A stretch of DNA of 64,000 bases, from assembly GCA_963708025.1 (NCBI GenBank), contig CAVPSB010000018.1, positions 559,812-623,811 on the forward strand. Direction: 5' to 3'. The stretch is from an uncultured Candidatus Rokubacteria bacterium (GTDB lineage: Bacteria > Methylomirabilota > Methylomirabilia > Rokubacteriales > DASRDR01). Numbering within the stretch: the first letter of the stretch is position 1; each line of letters opens with the position of its first letter. The translations under genes and the position numbers were made by a program. Of the stretch, positions 1-17,067 are shown one piece after another. A model generated the notes under the pieces. That model was not told where the DNA came from. It was given only the letters and a program-made list of their open reading frames with translations, and ran no database searches.

Positions 1-1493
1 ATCGGCAGGACGTAGTACGGATCCTTCTTCGAGAGATCGGTGATCCACAGCAGGAACGAGGCACCCTGGAGCTCGACCGAGTACTGGAGCGTGAGATAGA
101 GGGCATAGAAGATGGGGACCTGCACGATCATCGGGAGGCAGCCGCCGACCGGGTTCACCTTGTGCTTCCGGAACAGCTCCATCTGCTCGCGCTGGAAGCG
201 CTGCGGATCGGACTTGTACTTCGACCTGAGCGCGTTGAGCTGCGGCTGAAGCGCCTGCATCTGCTTCATCGAGCTCATGCTCTTGTGGGTCAGGGGGTAG
301 AACACGATCTTCACGAGGACGGTCAGCAGGATGATGGCGACGCCGTAGTTCTGGCCCGGCAGGCGCGTGGCGAAGAAGTTCATGAGCCAGAGCAGGGGGA
401 CGCAGAACCACTCCATCGGCAGCGTCCACAAGAACTCGCCGTAGTTGCGCGCCTGGGCCTGCTCCAGACCGACGTTGAACGCGGCCAGCCGATCCCATTC
501 CTTCGGCCCCACGTACAGGTCGGCCTTCCCATCCCAGGCCCGGCCCGGCCCGAGCCCCACTTCCGGGAAGACGACGCCCACCTGGGCCAGATCGCGGTCT
601 CGACCGCGTAGCACGCGGGCACCCGGTCCCGGGATGAAGGCGGCGATGAAGTAGTCGTTCTCCAGCGCGACCCAGCGGTGGACGCCTGGCTCGACGCGCA
701 CCGGCTCGAGGTGCGGATCCTTCAACTCTGGCCCGGCCGGGGACTCCTTCGGGTCCTTCAGGGCGGGCGCCGGGTGCTCCAGGACCTCCGGCTTTCCGTT
801 CCGGGCGACGAGGATGCGCCCGAGGAGCTGGCTGTGCTCCTCGCCTTCCCCGAACGTGAGCCAGGGCGCCTCTCGGGTCTTCCCCGGAATCGCCACCGGC
901 CCAGTCCAGTACAGCGCGACCGACCCAGCCTCGGCTCCCCCGCCGCCGCCCTCCGCGTGGAGCTCCACCTCGACCCGGTAGCTCGCCGCGTCGAAGCGCA
1001 CGCGCTTCTCGACCCGGATCCCGGCCCCCGTCACCCCGCTGAACACCACCGTGCCCTTCGGCCGCTCGGCCGTCAGCTCCAGCCGATCGGTGTCCGCCCG
1101 GAGCGGCACCACCTCCGGCGGCCGGCCCGGCGCGCTGACCGCCACCGCGAGCGGGGCGAGGCCCTGGCCGACCAGGAGCGGCTTCTTCCCCCGGTACCGG
1201 AGGGTCCAGCCGCTCACCGACCCGTCGGACGCGAACGTCACCTCGTATAGCGGGGACGTGACCTCGACGGCCCGCCCGATGATCGCGGTCGCTCCCGGAA
1301 TCACGGGCCGCGCAGGGCCGACCGTGGCGCTTCCGCCCGCGGCGGGCGATGCGCCGCCCGCGGGAGCCGGGTTAGCGGGAGTGTCCCCCGCCGACGGCGC
1401 ACCGGGCGGGGGAGGCGGGGGAGCGAAGAACGCCTGCCAGGCGAGCAGGAGCGCCACAGACAGGACGATGGCGATCAGGGCCCGCTTTTCCAT
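1..1493 (-). CDS. yidC: Membrane protein insertase YidC (3' end beyond window)
   Basis: Manual reverse translation: MEKRALIAIVLS..., NYGVAIILLTVLVKIVFYPL, VNPVGGCLPMIVQVPIFYALY, FLLWITDLSKKDPYYVLP; canonical position downstream of rnpA-yidD. Confidence 0.97.
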   Translation of the reverse strand, partial: MEKRALIAIVLSVALLLAWQAFFAPPPPPPGAPSAGDTPANPAPAGGASPAAGGSATVGPARPVIPGATAIIGRAVEVTSPLYEVTFASDGSVSGWTLRYRGKKPLLVGQGLAPLAVAVSAPGRPPEVVPLRADTDRLELTAERPKGTVVFSGVTGAGIRVEKRVRFDAASYRVEVELHAEGGGGGAEAGSVALYWTGPVAIPGKTREAPWLTFGEGEEHSQLLGRILVARNGKPEVLEHPAPALKDPKESPAGPELKDPHLEPVRVEPGVHRWVALENDYFIAAFIPGPGARVLRGRDRDLAQVGVVFPEVGLGPGRAWDGKADLYVGPKEWDRLAAFNVGLEQAQARNYGEFLWTLPMEWFCVPLLWLMNFFATRLPGQNYGVAIILLTVLVKIVFYPLTHKSMSSMKQMQALQPQLNALRSKYKSDPQRFQREQMELFRKHKVNPVGGCLPMIVQVPIFYALYLTLQYSVELQGASFLLWITDLSKKDPYYVLP

Positions 1494-1514
1494 GGCAGCC
1501 TTGGGCGCCGCTGT

Positions 1515-1745
1515 TCAGCGCGGCGGGTCAATCCCGCCCGGAAAGGCCGGCTGGCACCGGAGGAGCCGCCCGACGGCCAGCATCCCCCCACGGAGCAGCC
1601 CACGCTCGGTGATGGCCTGCCGCGCGTACTCCGAGCACGTCGGCCAGTATCGGCAGGCCGGGGGGAGCAGGGGTGACAACCACCGCTGGTACCCTTCGAT
1701 CAGGACCGCCGCCCCGCGGGCGGCGGCGCGCGGGGCGCGCGTCAC
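1515..1745 (-). CDS. yidD: Membrane protein insertion efficiency factor YidD
   Basis: YQRWLSPLLPPACRYWPTCSEYA...GRLLRCQP; GTG start overlapping rnpA stop. Confidence 0.93.
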   Translation of the reverse strand: MTRAPRAAARGAAVLIEGYQRWLSPLLPPACRYWPTCSEYARQAITERGLLRGGMLAVGRLLRCQPAFPGGIDPPR

Positions 1746-2113
1746 GAAGCCAGACGCCGCGCGGCGTGGCGCAGCGCCTCGGCCACCTCGCTGCTGAGTT
1801 CGGCGAAGGGGGCTGCCACCGCCCGGGGGCGCGCGACGAAGCAGAGCCGCAGCCCAGTCCCTGGCAGGAGGGTCGCCTGACGGCGGTAGGCCTCCCGGAG
1901 CCTCCGGCGCGCCCGGTTCCGCCACACGCTTCCCCCCAGCTTCCGGCCGGCCGTGAACGCTGCCGCCCGCCGACCCGGGGTGGGGGACCACAGGAGCACG
2001 AAGCTCGGGCGCTCGACGCGGCTCCCCCGGCGGAAGAGCCATTGAAACTCCCGCCGATCGCGCAGCCGCTCCGCGCGGGGCAGGGTCGCCCGGGTCGCGC
2101 CGGTCGCGGTCAC
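1742..2113 (-). CDS. rnpA: Ribonuclease P protein component
   Basis: ERLRDRREFQ...RKLGGSVWRNRARRRLRE (RNR motif); GTG start just after rpmH. Confidence 0.93.
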   Translation of the reverse strand: MTATGATRATLPRAERLRDRREFQWLFRRGSRVERPSFVLLWSPTPGRRAAAFTAGRKLGGSVWRNRARRRLREAYRRQATLLPGTGLRLCFVARPRAVAAPFAELSSEVAEALRHAARRLAS

Positions 2114-2115
2114 AC

Positions 2116-2250
2116 TCAGACGGAGAGACGCCGACGCCCCTTGGCGCGCCGGCGCTTGAGGACCTTTCGGCCCCCCTTGGTGGACATCCGCTCGCGGAAG
2201 CCGTGCGTCTTCTTCCGCCGGCGCCGATTCGGTTGATAGGTCCGCTTCAC
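2116..2250 (-). CDS. rpmH: 50S ribosomal protein L34
   Basis: Manual translation [44 protein letters not shown] (below ORF-track cutoff). Confidence 0.98.
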   Translation of the reverse strand: MKRTYQPNRRRRKKTHGFRERMSTKGGRKVLKRRRAKGRRRLSV

Positions 2251-2530
2251 ACGATCCTCCTAGCCGGGAATGAACAAAGTTCAACCATCCTACCGGCCAC
2301 CGCTAAGGCTAGTCAAGGGGCGCCGGTGACTCACGCCGGCGGTGATGGGGTTGCTCGCCTGTAGACAGCGTGCTATCGTTCGCCTTTCGGAAGTCGGGCT
2401 CGTTCCTCCTGAGCGCGTCATGCGTCCCGCGAACGCTCCGCCGTCCGGGTCGGCGGGCGTCGGCCAGCGGCGCGGGTCGTTCAGCGCGTGGGCAGTGATG
2501 GGTAGGGCACAGCGACATCCCACCCCAGGG

Positions 2531-2550
2531 TTATCCACACCTGTGGATAA
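2531..2550. promoter_or_regulatory. Pair of perfect DnaA boxes upstream of dnaA
   Basis: TTATCCACA (2531-2539) and TGTGGATAA (2542-2550) in inverted orientation. Confidence 0.92.
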
Positions 2551-2602
2551 GTGTGTGTGTAACTCATGGGGGGCCAACTCCTCGCCACGGGAGCCTAGGT
2601 AA

Positions 2603-3919
2603 ATGTCCGATCGCCTCTGGGAGCGCTTTCTCTCCGCCTTGGAGGGTCGGCTCCCCCCACAGGCCCTCGATACCTGGATCCGGCCGGGTCGGCTCCTGGC
2701 TCATCGGGACACCCATCTGGAGATCGGGGTTCCCAGCAAGTTCCTCCGCAGCTACATCGTCGATCACTACCTCCCGGACCTCCAGGCCGCCGCCGAGACC
2801 TGCCTCGGGCCCCGTGCCCACGTGACCGTCAGCCTCGACCGAGCCGCGGTGGGGTCCCCGGGCACTCCGCCCGCGCCCCCGGCGCCAGCGCCGGTGCCGG
2901 CCGAGCTGGACGGTCGGTACACCTTCGACACCTTCGTGGTCGGCTCCTCCAACCAGTTCGCCCAGGCCGCCTGCCTCGCCGTCGCCGAGCTGCCCTCCCG
3001 GGCCTACAACCCCCTCTTCATCTACGGCGGCGTCGGCCTCGGCAAGACCCATCTCCTCCACGCGATCGGCCACCAGATCCGCCAGACCCATTCCCAGCTC
3101 CGCGTCGAGTACCTGTCCACGGAGAAGTTCACCAACGAGCTGATCGGGGCCATCCGCTACGACAAGACGCCCGACTTCCGCCATCGCTACCGGACGATCG
3201 ATCTCCTCCTGATCGACGACATCCAGTTCATCTCCGGCAAGGAGCGGACCCAGGAGGAGCTGTTCCACACCTTCAACGACCTCTACGAGTCGCATCGCCA
3301 GATCGTCATCTCGAGCGACCGCTCCCCGAAGGAGATCCCCGAGATCGAGGAGCGTCTCCGTTCCCGATTCGAGTGGGGCCTCATCGCCGACATCCAGCCG
3401 CCCGATTTCGAGACGCGGGTCGCCATCCTCAAGAAGAAAGCCGAGCTGGACCGGGTGGCGCTCCCCGACGACCTCGCCTACTTCATCGCCAACAAGGTCA
3501 AGTCCAACATCCGCGAGCTGGAAGGATCCCTCGTCCGCATCCGCGCCTTCTGCAGCCTCACCGGCCGCGAGCTCGGCCTTGATCTCGCCCAGGAAGTGCT
3601 CGCCAACATCTGGGGAACCGAGGAACGCCTCATCACGATCGACGACATCCAGCGCCGCGTGAGCGAAGTCTTCGGCGTGAAGCCCCACGATCTCCGCTCC
3701 AAGACGCGGACCAAAGCGGTGGCCTTCCCCCGGCAGGTCGCCATGTACCTCGCCCGCCAGCTCACCAGCGACTCCTTCGCCGACATCGGTCGGAGCTTCG
3801 GCGGCAAGGACCACACCACCGTCCTGCACGGCGTCCACAAGATCGAGGCCCTCATCCAGGAGGACCCCAAGTTCCGGAAGACCCTGGACCACATCATCAA
3901 CACAATCCGGATCGAGTGA
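2603..3919 (+). CDS. dnaA: Chromosomal replication initiator DnaA
   Basis: YNPLFIYGGVGLGKTHL, LLIDDIQF, RLRSRFEWG, RQVAMYL, GGKDHTTV. Confidence 0.99.
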   Translation: MSDRLWERFLSALEGRLPPQALDTWIRPGRLLAHRDTHLEIGVPSKFLRSYIVDHYLPDLQAAAETCLGPRAHVTVSLDRAAVGSPGTPPAPPAPAPVPAELDGRYTFDTFVVGSSNQFAQAACLAVAELPSRAYNPLFIYGGVGLGKTHLLHAIGHQIRQTHSQLRVEYLSTEKFTNELIGAIRYDKTPDFRHRYRTIDLLLIDDIQFISGKERTQEELFHTFNDLYESHRQIVISSDRSPKEIPEIEERLRSRFEWGLIADIQPPDFETRVAILKKKAELDRVALPDDLAYFIANKVKSNIRELEGSLVRIRAFCSLTGRELGLDLAQEVLANIWGTEERLITIDDIQRRVSEVFGVKPHDLRSKTRTKAVAFPRQVAMYLARQLTSDSFADIGRSFGGKDHTTVLHGVHKIEALIQEDPKFRKTLDHIINTIRIE

Positions 3920-4042
3920 GGACTCGCGTGCATATCGTCCCCAGCGCATCGGATATCCCCCGTCTCTCCACCACCGTCGCGCTCAGTCCTCCCCGACCAC
4001 CGAGCACCACCCTCGACGCCATCACCGGACGGATCCGCCCCG

Positions 4043-4094
4043 CCCTCCACATATCCACTGCCCCTACTACGACGACTACTGAGTTTTCTTTTCC
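4043..4094. promoter_or_regulatory. oriC basal unwinding element (DnaA-box-like pair, GC spacer, DnaA-trios, T-rich tail)
   Basis: CTCCACA-TATCCACT-GCCC-CTACTACGACGACTACT-GAGTTTTCTTTT between dnaA and dnaN. Confidence 0.8.
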
Positions 4095-4115
4095 TACGGA
4101 GGAAGACTAACTCCT

Positions 4116-5207
4116 ATGGAGCTTCAAGTCGCCCGCGACCCGTTCCTGCGCGCGCTTCAGCTCGTCCAGAACATCGTCGAAACGCGCCAGACCTTGCCCA
4201 TCCTCGCCAACGTCCTGATGGACGCCCAGGATGGCGGGCTCCACGTGGCCGCCACCGACCTCGAGGTCGGGGTACGGGTCGCGGTTCCGGCGACCATCGT
4301 GAGACCGGGAGCCGTCACGTTGGCCGCCCGGAAGCTCCACGAGCTGGTCCGGGAGCTGCCTGCCCAGCCCATCACCCTCAAGCTTCAGGAGAACGGCTGG
4401 GTGCAGCTCCTGTGCGGGGCGGCCTCGTTCCGGCTCGTGGGGCTCCCGGCCGAGGAGTATCCCCCGCTCGAGACCGGGGACGCCGAGGGCTGGGTAAGTG
4501 TCAACGGCGGGCGACTGCGGGCCTTGCTGGCGCGGACCGCCTACGCGATGTCCCAGGATGAGAGTCGGCCCTTTCTCAACGGCGTCTACATGCTGGTCCG
4601 GAAAGGGGAGCTGCGTCTGGTGGCGACCGACGGGCACCGTCTGGCGCTGGCCCGCCTGACGGTCGAGGCCGACGGCGAGATGGCGGGCATCGTGCCACGA
4701 AAGGCCGTTGCGGAGATGGGCCGGGTGCTCGGCGGCAGCGAGGCGGCGTCGCTCGCGCTGCGGGAGAACCAGTTCCTGATCCGGACCCCCGGCTTCGTGC
4801 TCGTATCCAAGCTCGTAGAAGGGACGTTTCCCAGCTACGAGCAGGTCGTGCCGAAGGCGCACCCCCGCCGGCTGACCATCGAACGTGAGCTGCTGATCTC
4901 GGCGCTCCGGCGAGTGTCGGTCGTGGCCGACGACCGGACGCGGCCGATCCGCCTGACCGCCGCGCCCGGAGCCTTGCGACTCGCGGCGTCCAGTCAGGAA
5001 CTGGGGGAGGCCGAGGAGGTGCTGCCGGCCGAGTTCGCGGGAGAGGAGCTGCCCATCGGGTTCAACACGCGCTACATCCTCGATGCGCTCGTTCCCATGG
5101 ACGGCGAGCGGGTCGTGATCGAGTTGAAGGACTCACTGAGCCCGGGTGTGTTCAAGAGCGCCGCCGACGAGGATCACCTCTGTGTTATAATGCCGATGCG
5201 TATTTGA
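4116..5207 (+). CDS. dnaN: DNA polymerase III beta clamp
   Basis: ATDLE, ATDGHRL, IGFN.RY, VIMPMRI. Confidence 0.99.
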   Translation: MELQVARDPFLRALQLVQNIVETRQTLPILANVLMDAQDGGLHVAATDLEVGVRVAVPATIVRPGAVTLAARKLHELVRELPAQPITLKLQENGWVQLLCGAASFRLVGLPAEEYPPLETGDAEGWVSVNGGRLRALLARTAYAMSQDESRPFLNGVYMLVRKGELRLVATDGHRLALARLTVEADGEMAGIVPRKAVAEMGRVLGGSEAASLALRENQFLIRTPGFVLVSKLVEGTFPSYEQVVPKAHPRRLTIERELLISALRRVSVVADDRTRPIRLTAAPGALRLAASSQELGEAEEVLPAEFAGEELPIGFNTRYILDALVPMDGERVVIELKDSLSPGVFKSAADEDHLCVIMPMRI

Positions 5208-5224
5208 GAGGAGGCCCATAGGGG

Positions 5225-8730
<3,506 letters not shown>

Positions 8731-8742
8731 CGGACGGTCCCG

Positions 8743-12457
<3,715 letters not shown>

Positions 12458-12485
12458 GCGTGGCGCGTGCGATAGTCGAAGCCCC

Positions 12486-12524
12486 GGAGGGGTGGCCGAG
12501 CGGTTGAAGGCGCCGGGCTTGAGA
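12486..12524 (+). pseudogene. tRNA-Ser(UGA) 5' half truncated at anticodon loop (attL-like)
   Basis: GGAGGGGTGGCCGAGCGGTTGAAGGCGCCGGGCTTGAGA; no T-arm or acceptor 3' strand follows. Confidence 0.85.
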
Positions 12525-12655
12525 TGCGCTGCCCCGGTCCCGTCTTTTCAAGCACTTCCTGGGTCACGTCTGACGTGGTGCCGACTTCTCTACTGTCACA
12601 CTCGAGGGCCGGTCCACCCCCGCGAAGCTGAGGGGAAGGACACATAGAAGGGCAC

Positions 12656-13846
12656 ATGGCCAGCCAGCAGCAGACAGCGGCGCTGGTGCTGAGTGGCCCG
12701 GTACACACGGCGCTCGGGGTCATCCGGGCCCTCGCCCGAAACGGCATACCGCAGTTCACCGTTGGGACGGGCACGAGCTATGTCTCGTACTCTCGCTGGC
12801 ACCGTCGACTGCCCAATCACGGTGGAGATGGTCCTACCCCCGAAACGCTAGCTCCGTTCCTGGAGCGCCTTCCCGTCGAACGGATGGTGCTCATACCATG
12901 CTCGGACGCGTGGGTCGCCGCCGTGGCCCGTCTCGAGCCGACTCTTGCCGCGCGGTTTCCGGCCAGCATCGCTCCGGCAGAGAGTCTCGACATCTGCTTG
13001 GACAAGGGCCGCTTCGCCGACACGCTGGCACGCCTGGGGCTGCCGCACCCGCGGACGATCTCCATCTCAGCGCCCGGTGATGTTCGGACGCTCTGGGACG
13101 GCACCCTCCGTGATCCGTTTCTCAAACCGCGGGATTCGCACGCCTTCCAGGCCTGCTATGGGGTCAAGGCCTTCCGGATCAGGACGCCGGCCGAGGCGAT
13201 CTCGCGGGTTCGTGAGGCGCAGCAGGCCGGCGTCGAGATCCTGCTCCAGGAATACGTCCCCGGACCCGCGGACTCCCATTACTTCATCGATGGCTTCGTG
13301 GATCGTGGAGGGTCGCTCTGCGCGCGGTTCGCTCGGCGTCGCGTCCGGACCTACCCCGAGCCTTTCGGTGACAGCTGCTGTATGGTGACCATCTCGCTCG
13401 AGGAGGCGAGGGCGCCGCTGGGCATCCTGGATCGGTTGCTCCCGGCCCTCCGATATCGTGGCGTGTTCAACGCGCAGTTCAAGTACGACGACCGGGACGG
13501 ACTATTCAAGCTCCTCGAGATCAATCCGCGCCCGTGGGGTGGGGTCAGCCTCGCGGTCAGTTGCGGGGTCAACGTTATCAAGATGGCATACCAGGATGCC
13601 CTCGACCTCCCGGTGCAGCCGAACAGAAAATACCCCATCGGTCGCTACTGGGTCTACCCGTCGCGGGACCGCATCGTCTGCTGGCGACTCCTCCGGGAAG
13701 GCCGCTTGACTCCAGGGGCCTGGATCCGCACCTGGGCCGGAGCCGTGCAGCCGATCTTTTGCTGGGACGATCCTGCGCCCGCGATCGTCGCCTTTCTCCA
13801 GCGGGTGGGACGAGCAGTCCGGCGAAGGCTCAGGGTGTCGCGCTAA
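12656..13846 (+). CDS. ATP-grasp carboxylate-amine ligase (D-aspartate-ligase-like family)
   Basis: LDKGRF, FLKP, LLQEYVPG, QFKYDDRDG.FKLLEINPRPW, WDDP. Confidence 0.85.
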   Translation: MASQQQTAALVLSGPVHTALGVIRALARNGIPQFTVGTGTSYVSYSRWHRRLPNHGGDGPTPETLAPFLERLPVERMVLIPCSDAWVAAVARLEPTLAARFPASIAPAESLDICLDKGRFADTLARLGLPHPRTISISAPGDVRTLWDGTLRDPFLKPRDSHAFQACYGVKAFRIRTPAEAISRVREAQQAGVEILLQEYVPGPADSHYFIDGFVDRGGSLCARFARRRVRTYPEPFGDSCCMVTISLEEARAPLGILDRLLPALRYRGVFNAQFKYDDRDGLFKLLEINPRPWGGVSLAVSCGVNVIKMAYQDALDLPVQPNRKYPIGRYWVYPSRDRIVCWRLLREGRLTPGAWIRTWAGAVQPIFCWDDPAPAIVAFLQRVGRAVRRRLRVSR

Positions 13847-13916
13847 CCAGGTCAGGGCGCGACGGGTATCAGGGTACCGGCACGCAGGGGATGAACGCCG
13901 GCATGTGCTGGCCTCC

Positions 13917-15416
13917 TCACGCGTGCTGAGCCGCCCGCCGCCGGCTCCAGAACCACCGGCCCACGGGTGTCATGATCACGACTCCAGTGATACACACCAA
14001 GGCGGCGGAGATCGGCTTCTCCACGAAGATTGTGAGATCCGCCGCCGAAACCTGCAAGGACTGTAGGAACGACCGCTCGAGAATCCGCCCTAGAATCATG
14101 GCGAGCACCAGCGGCGCCGCGGGAAAGCCTCCCTTCCGGAGGAAGTAGCCGAAGACCCCGAAGACAATCATGACCGCGACATCGAAGGCCGCGTTGTTGA
14201 TGCTGTACGCCCCTATGATGCAGATGACGACGATGACGGTCGCTAGGTAGTGGTAGGGGACGCGCAGGAGACGCACCCAGAAACCGATGAGTGGCAGGTT
14301 GAGCGCGAGAAGCATGAGGTTCCCGACATACATGGACGTGATGACGCCCCAGAACAGGCTCGGGTGCTGCTGGAAGAGGAGGGGCCCGGGCTGGATGCCA
14401 TGCATCGTCAGGGCCACGAAGATCATGGCGATCGACGCATTGCCCGGAATCCCCAAGGTCAAGAGCGGGATGAACGACGAGGTGGACGCCGCGTTGTTGG
14501 CCGCCTCGGGGGCGGCGACCCCCTCGATGGCCCCCTGACCGAAGCGCGCCGGGTTCGCCGACACCCGCTTCTCGACGGCATAGGCGACCAACGAGCTGAT
14601 GATGGCGCCTCCGCCGGGAAGCACTCCGATGAAGAAGCCGAGCCCCGTGCCGCGCAGGATCGCCCCCCAGCACCGCCGCCAGTCCTCCGGTGACGGCAGA
14701 AGCCCGCGGAGGGACGCCTTGTAGACCTCCCGGACGTCCGGAGCCTCCAGATTGATCAGCACCTCCGCGATGCCGAAGAGGCCCATACTCGCCACGACGA
14801 AGTCCAGGCCATCCATCAGGCGGGGGACGCCGAAGGTGAACCGTGCGGCTCCGAAGACCGGATCGATACCCACGGTCCCCAGCACGATCCCCAGTGCGAC
14901 CATCAGGAGCCCTTTCACGATGGACCGCTCGGACAGGTACACCGCCATCATCAGGCCCAGCAGGACGAGCGACGCATACTCGGCGGGGCCGAACTGCAGG
15001 GCGAAGTTGGCGAGGCTCGGGGCGATCAAAGACATCGCGAGAACGCTGAGCGAGCCGCCGATGAACGAGCCTATGGCCGCCATGCCCAGCGCCGGGCCCG
15101 CCCGCCCCTGCCGGGCCAGCGCGTAGCCGTCCAGGCACGTCACGATCGACGCGGCCTCGCCCGGGATCTTCAGGAGAATCGACGTCGTCGAGCCCCCGTA
15201 CATGGCTCCGTAGAAGATGCCGGCCAGCATGATGACCGCCGAGGTCGGATCCATCCGGTAGGTCGCCGGGAGGAGCAACGCGATCGTCGCCGGGGCGCCC
15301 AGCCCGGGCAACACCCCGATCGACGTCCCAATCGCCGCGCCGAGCAGCGCGTGGACGAGGTTCCAGGGGCTCAGGGCGACCCCGAACCCATGGCTCAGGC
15401 CGGCCAGGGGGTCCAT
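13917..15416 (-). CDS. tctA: Tripartite tricarboxylate transporter permease TctA
   Basis: GVLPGLG, GAMYGGSTTSILL.IPG, EAANNA, PLLTLGIPG. Confidence 0.95.
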   Translation of the reverse strand: MDPLAGLSHGFGVALSPWNLVHALLGAAIGTSIGVLPGLGAPATIALLLPATYRMDPTSAVIMLAGIFYGAMYGGSTTSILLKIPGEAASIVTCLDGYALARQGRAGPALGMAAIGSFIGGSLSVLAMSLIAPSLANFALQFGPAEYASLVLLGLMMAVYLSERSIVKGLLMVALGIVLGTVGIDPVFGAARFTFGVPRLMDGLDFVVASMGLFGIAEVLINLEAPDVREVYKASLRGLLPSPEDWRRCWGAILRGTGLGFFIGVLPGGGAIISSLVAYAVEKRVSANPARFGQGAIEGVAAPEAANNAASTSSFIPLLTLGIPGNASIAMIFVALTMHGIQPGPLLFQQHPSLFWGVITSMYVGNLMLLALNLPLIGFWVRLLRVPYHYLATVIVVICIIGAYSINNAAFDVAVMIVFGVFGYFLRKGGFPAAPLVLAMILGRILERSFLQSLQVSAADLTIFVEKPISAALVCITGVVIMTPVGRWFWSRRRAAQHA

Positions 15417-15425
15417 CCAGCGCCG

Positions 15426-15872
15426 TCAGCCCAGGAACTCCAGCACACCGACGGGGAGCTCTATGCCCAGAACGCGAGCGAACAGGACATAGGTGCCCAC
15501 GGACAGCCCCACACTGCTCACGCCCAGCACGCGCCACGACGTCACGCCCAATACCCTCAGGACGACGACTGCGATCGGAATGGTGGCGAGGACGTATCCT
15601 AGTGGGTCGAGGATCGCCACGTACACGCCCATCGCGACCACCAGGATCGCCGGCCGCCGCAGTTCGCCGAAGGCCTCGCACCCCGTGCTCCGCCCCAGCC
15701 ATGCCTGGACCAGGAGGATCGACGACAACGCGAGGAGGGTGACACCGCCGAGCAACGGGAAGAAGCCCGGCTGAGGGCTCGTGAGCGTGCCGATGCGCAG
15801 CTTGAGCGACCCCCCCACGACGCCGATCCCTGCCAAGGCTCCGACGAGGCTTGCGATGATGTCGCCCTTCAT
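15426..15872 (-). CDS. tctB: Tripartite tricarboxylate transporter small subunit TctB
   Basis: About 4 TM helices, PGFFP, terminal LP.G; between tctC and tctA. Confidence 0.9.
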   Translation of the reverse strand: MKGDIIASLVGALAGIGVVGGSLKLRIGTLTSPQPGFFPLLGGVTLLALSSILLVQAWLGRSTGCEAFGELRRPAILVVAMGVYVAILDPLGYVLATIPIAVVVLRVLGVTSWRVLGVSSVGLSVGTYVLFARVLGIELPVGVLEFLG

Positions 15873-15882
15873 CGGACCCTTT

Positions 15883-16836
15883 CTATCGCTTGAACATCTG
15901 TCCGAGCACCTTGAAGGTCTCGAACTCGACCCGCCAGTACTTCTCGAATTCGTCGGGTCCCAAATACTCGATCTGGTCCCCGAGCTGCCGGATCCCCTCG
16001 ACCGCCCGGTCCGTCTCGAGCATCTTCTCGAACGCGAGGGCGATCTTCTCGATCACCGGCCGTGGCGTCGCTTTGGGAGCCATGACTCCCTTGAAGACGC
16101 TGAGCGTCTTGTCGTAGCCTTCCTCCGCTGCCGTGGGTACATCGGGCAAGTCCGGGTGCCGCCGGGGGCCCGACCACGCCAGTGCTCGCAGCTTTCCCGC
16201 ACGGATGTGCGGAAGACTCTGCGGGAGCGCCAGCAGGCTCGCCTGAACATGCCCGCCCAGCAGCGCCACCAAGGCTTCCGCGCCTCCGTCATAGGAAACG
16301 ATCCTGAGCTTGACGCCAAGTACCTGTTCCATTCGCTTCCAGGTGAAGCCGACCGCGGACCACGTGCCCGCGGTGGAAACGGTGAGCTTGCCGGGGTTGG
16401 TCTTGGCCCACGCGATCATCTCGTTCAGGCTCCGAAAGGGTGCACTGGGCTGGGCGAGGAATACCGTGCCCGAGGTGTTCACCCGGCAGACAGCCGCGAG
16501 ATCGTCCGGCCCCTTCGATCGACCTTCGATCGCCGGTAGGATGCTGTTCGAGTTCGTGTGGCCAAACAGCAGGGTGTAGCCGTCCGGCTTGGACTGGGCC
16601 ACGATTTCGGACGCGATGGCCCCCCCGCCCCCGGGCTTCATCTGGAGGACGATCGGCTGCCCCAGGAACTCCGGCGCCCGGTCGATGAACGTCCTGACGG
16701 TCAGGTCGCTGGCCCCGCCGGCGCCGAACGGGATGATGAGGTTGATGGGCTTGGTCGGAAACTCCTGCGCGGAGGCGGGCGAGGCACCGAGGGCCACGAG
16801 CAAGGCGGCGGTGGCGAGGAGTTGACAGTCCGTCAT
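15883..16836 (-). CDS. tctC: TTT periplasmic substrate-binding protein (Bug/TctC)
   Basis: Signal peptide; FP.KPINLIIPFGAGGASD, KPDGYTL, PDVPT. Confidence 0.95.
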   Translation of the reverse strand: MTDCQLLATAALLVALGASPASAQEFPTKPINLIIPFGAGGASDLTVRTFIDRAPEFLGQPIVLQMKPGGGGAIASEIVAQSKPDGYTLLFGHTNSNSILPAIEGRSKGPDDLAAVCRVNTSGTVFLAQPSAPFRSLNEMIAWAKTNPGKLTVSTAGTWSAVGFTWKRMEQVLGVKLRIVSYDGGAEALVALLGGHVQASLLALPQSLPHIRAGKLRALAWSGPRRHPDLPDVPTAAEEGYDKTLSVFKGVMAPKATPRPVIEKIALAFEKMLETDRAVEGIRQLGDQIEYLGPDEFEKYWRVEFETFKVLGQMFKR

Positions 16837-17067
16837 GGGCTGGCCTCCAATCTGGCCGCGAACGCAGGCGGCGCACAGCGTGTTTCCTGGACACCACGCC
16901 GGGCCCGCGTCACCCCAGCCGGCGCATCGCCAGCGTGGCCGGAGTGTAGCGCGCCCCGGCGCGGACCGGCAAGGACCGTTGACGGCCGGGGGTGCTCAGT
17001 TCCGCGCCCTCCCCCCACCCCCGGCGGGGGGCAGGGACAACGACGACGACAATAAGGACACGCCTTG

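Noticed and set aside
12486-12640. Intron-containing or split tRNA-Ser
   Set aside because: No 3' exon and no group I core seen; downstream sequence has IHF-like and arm-type sites, which fits an att junction better.
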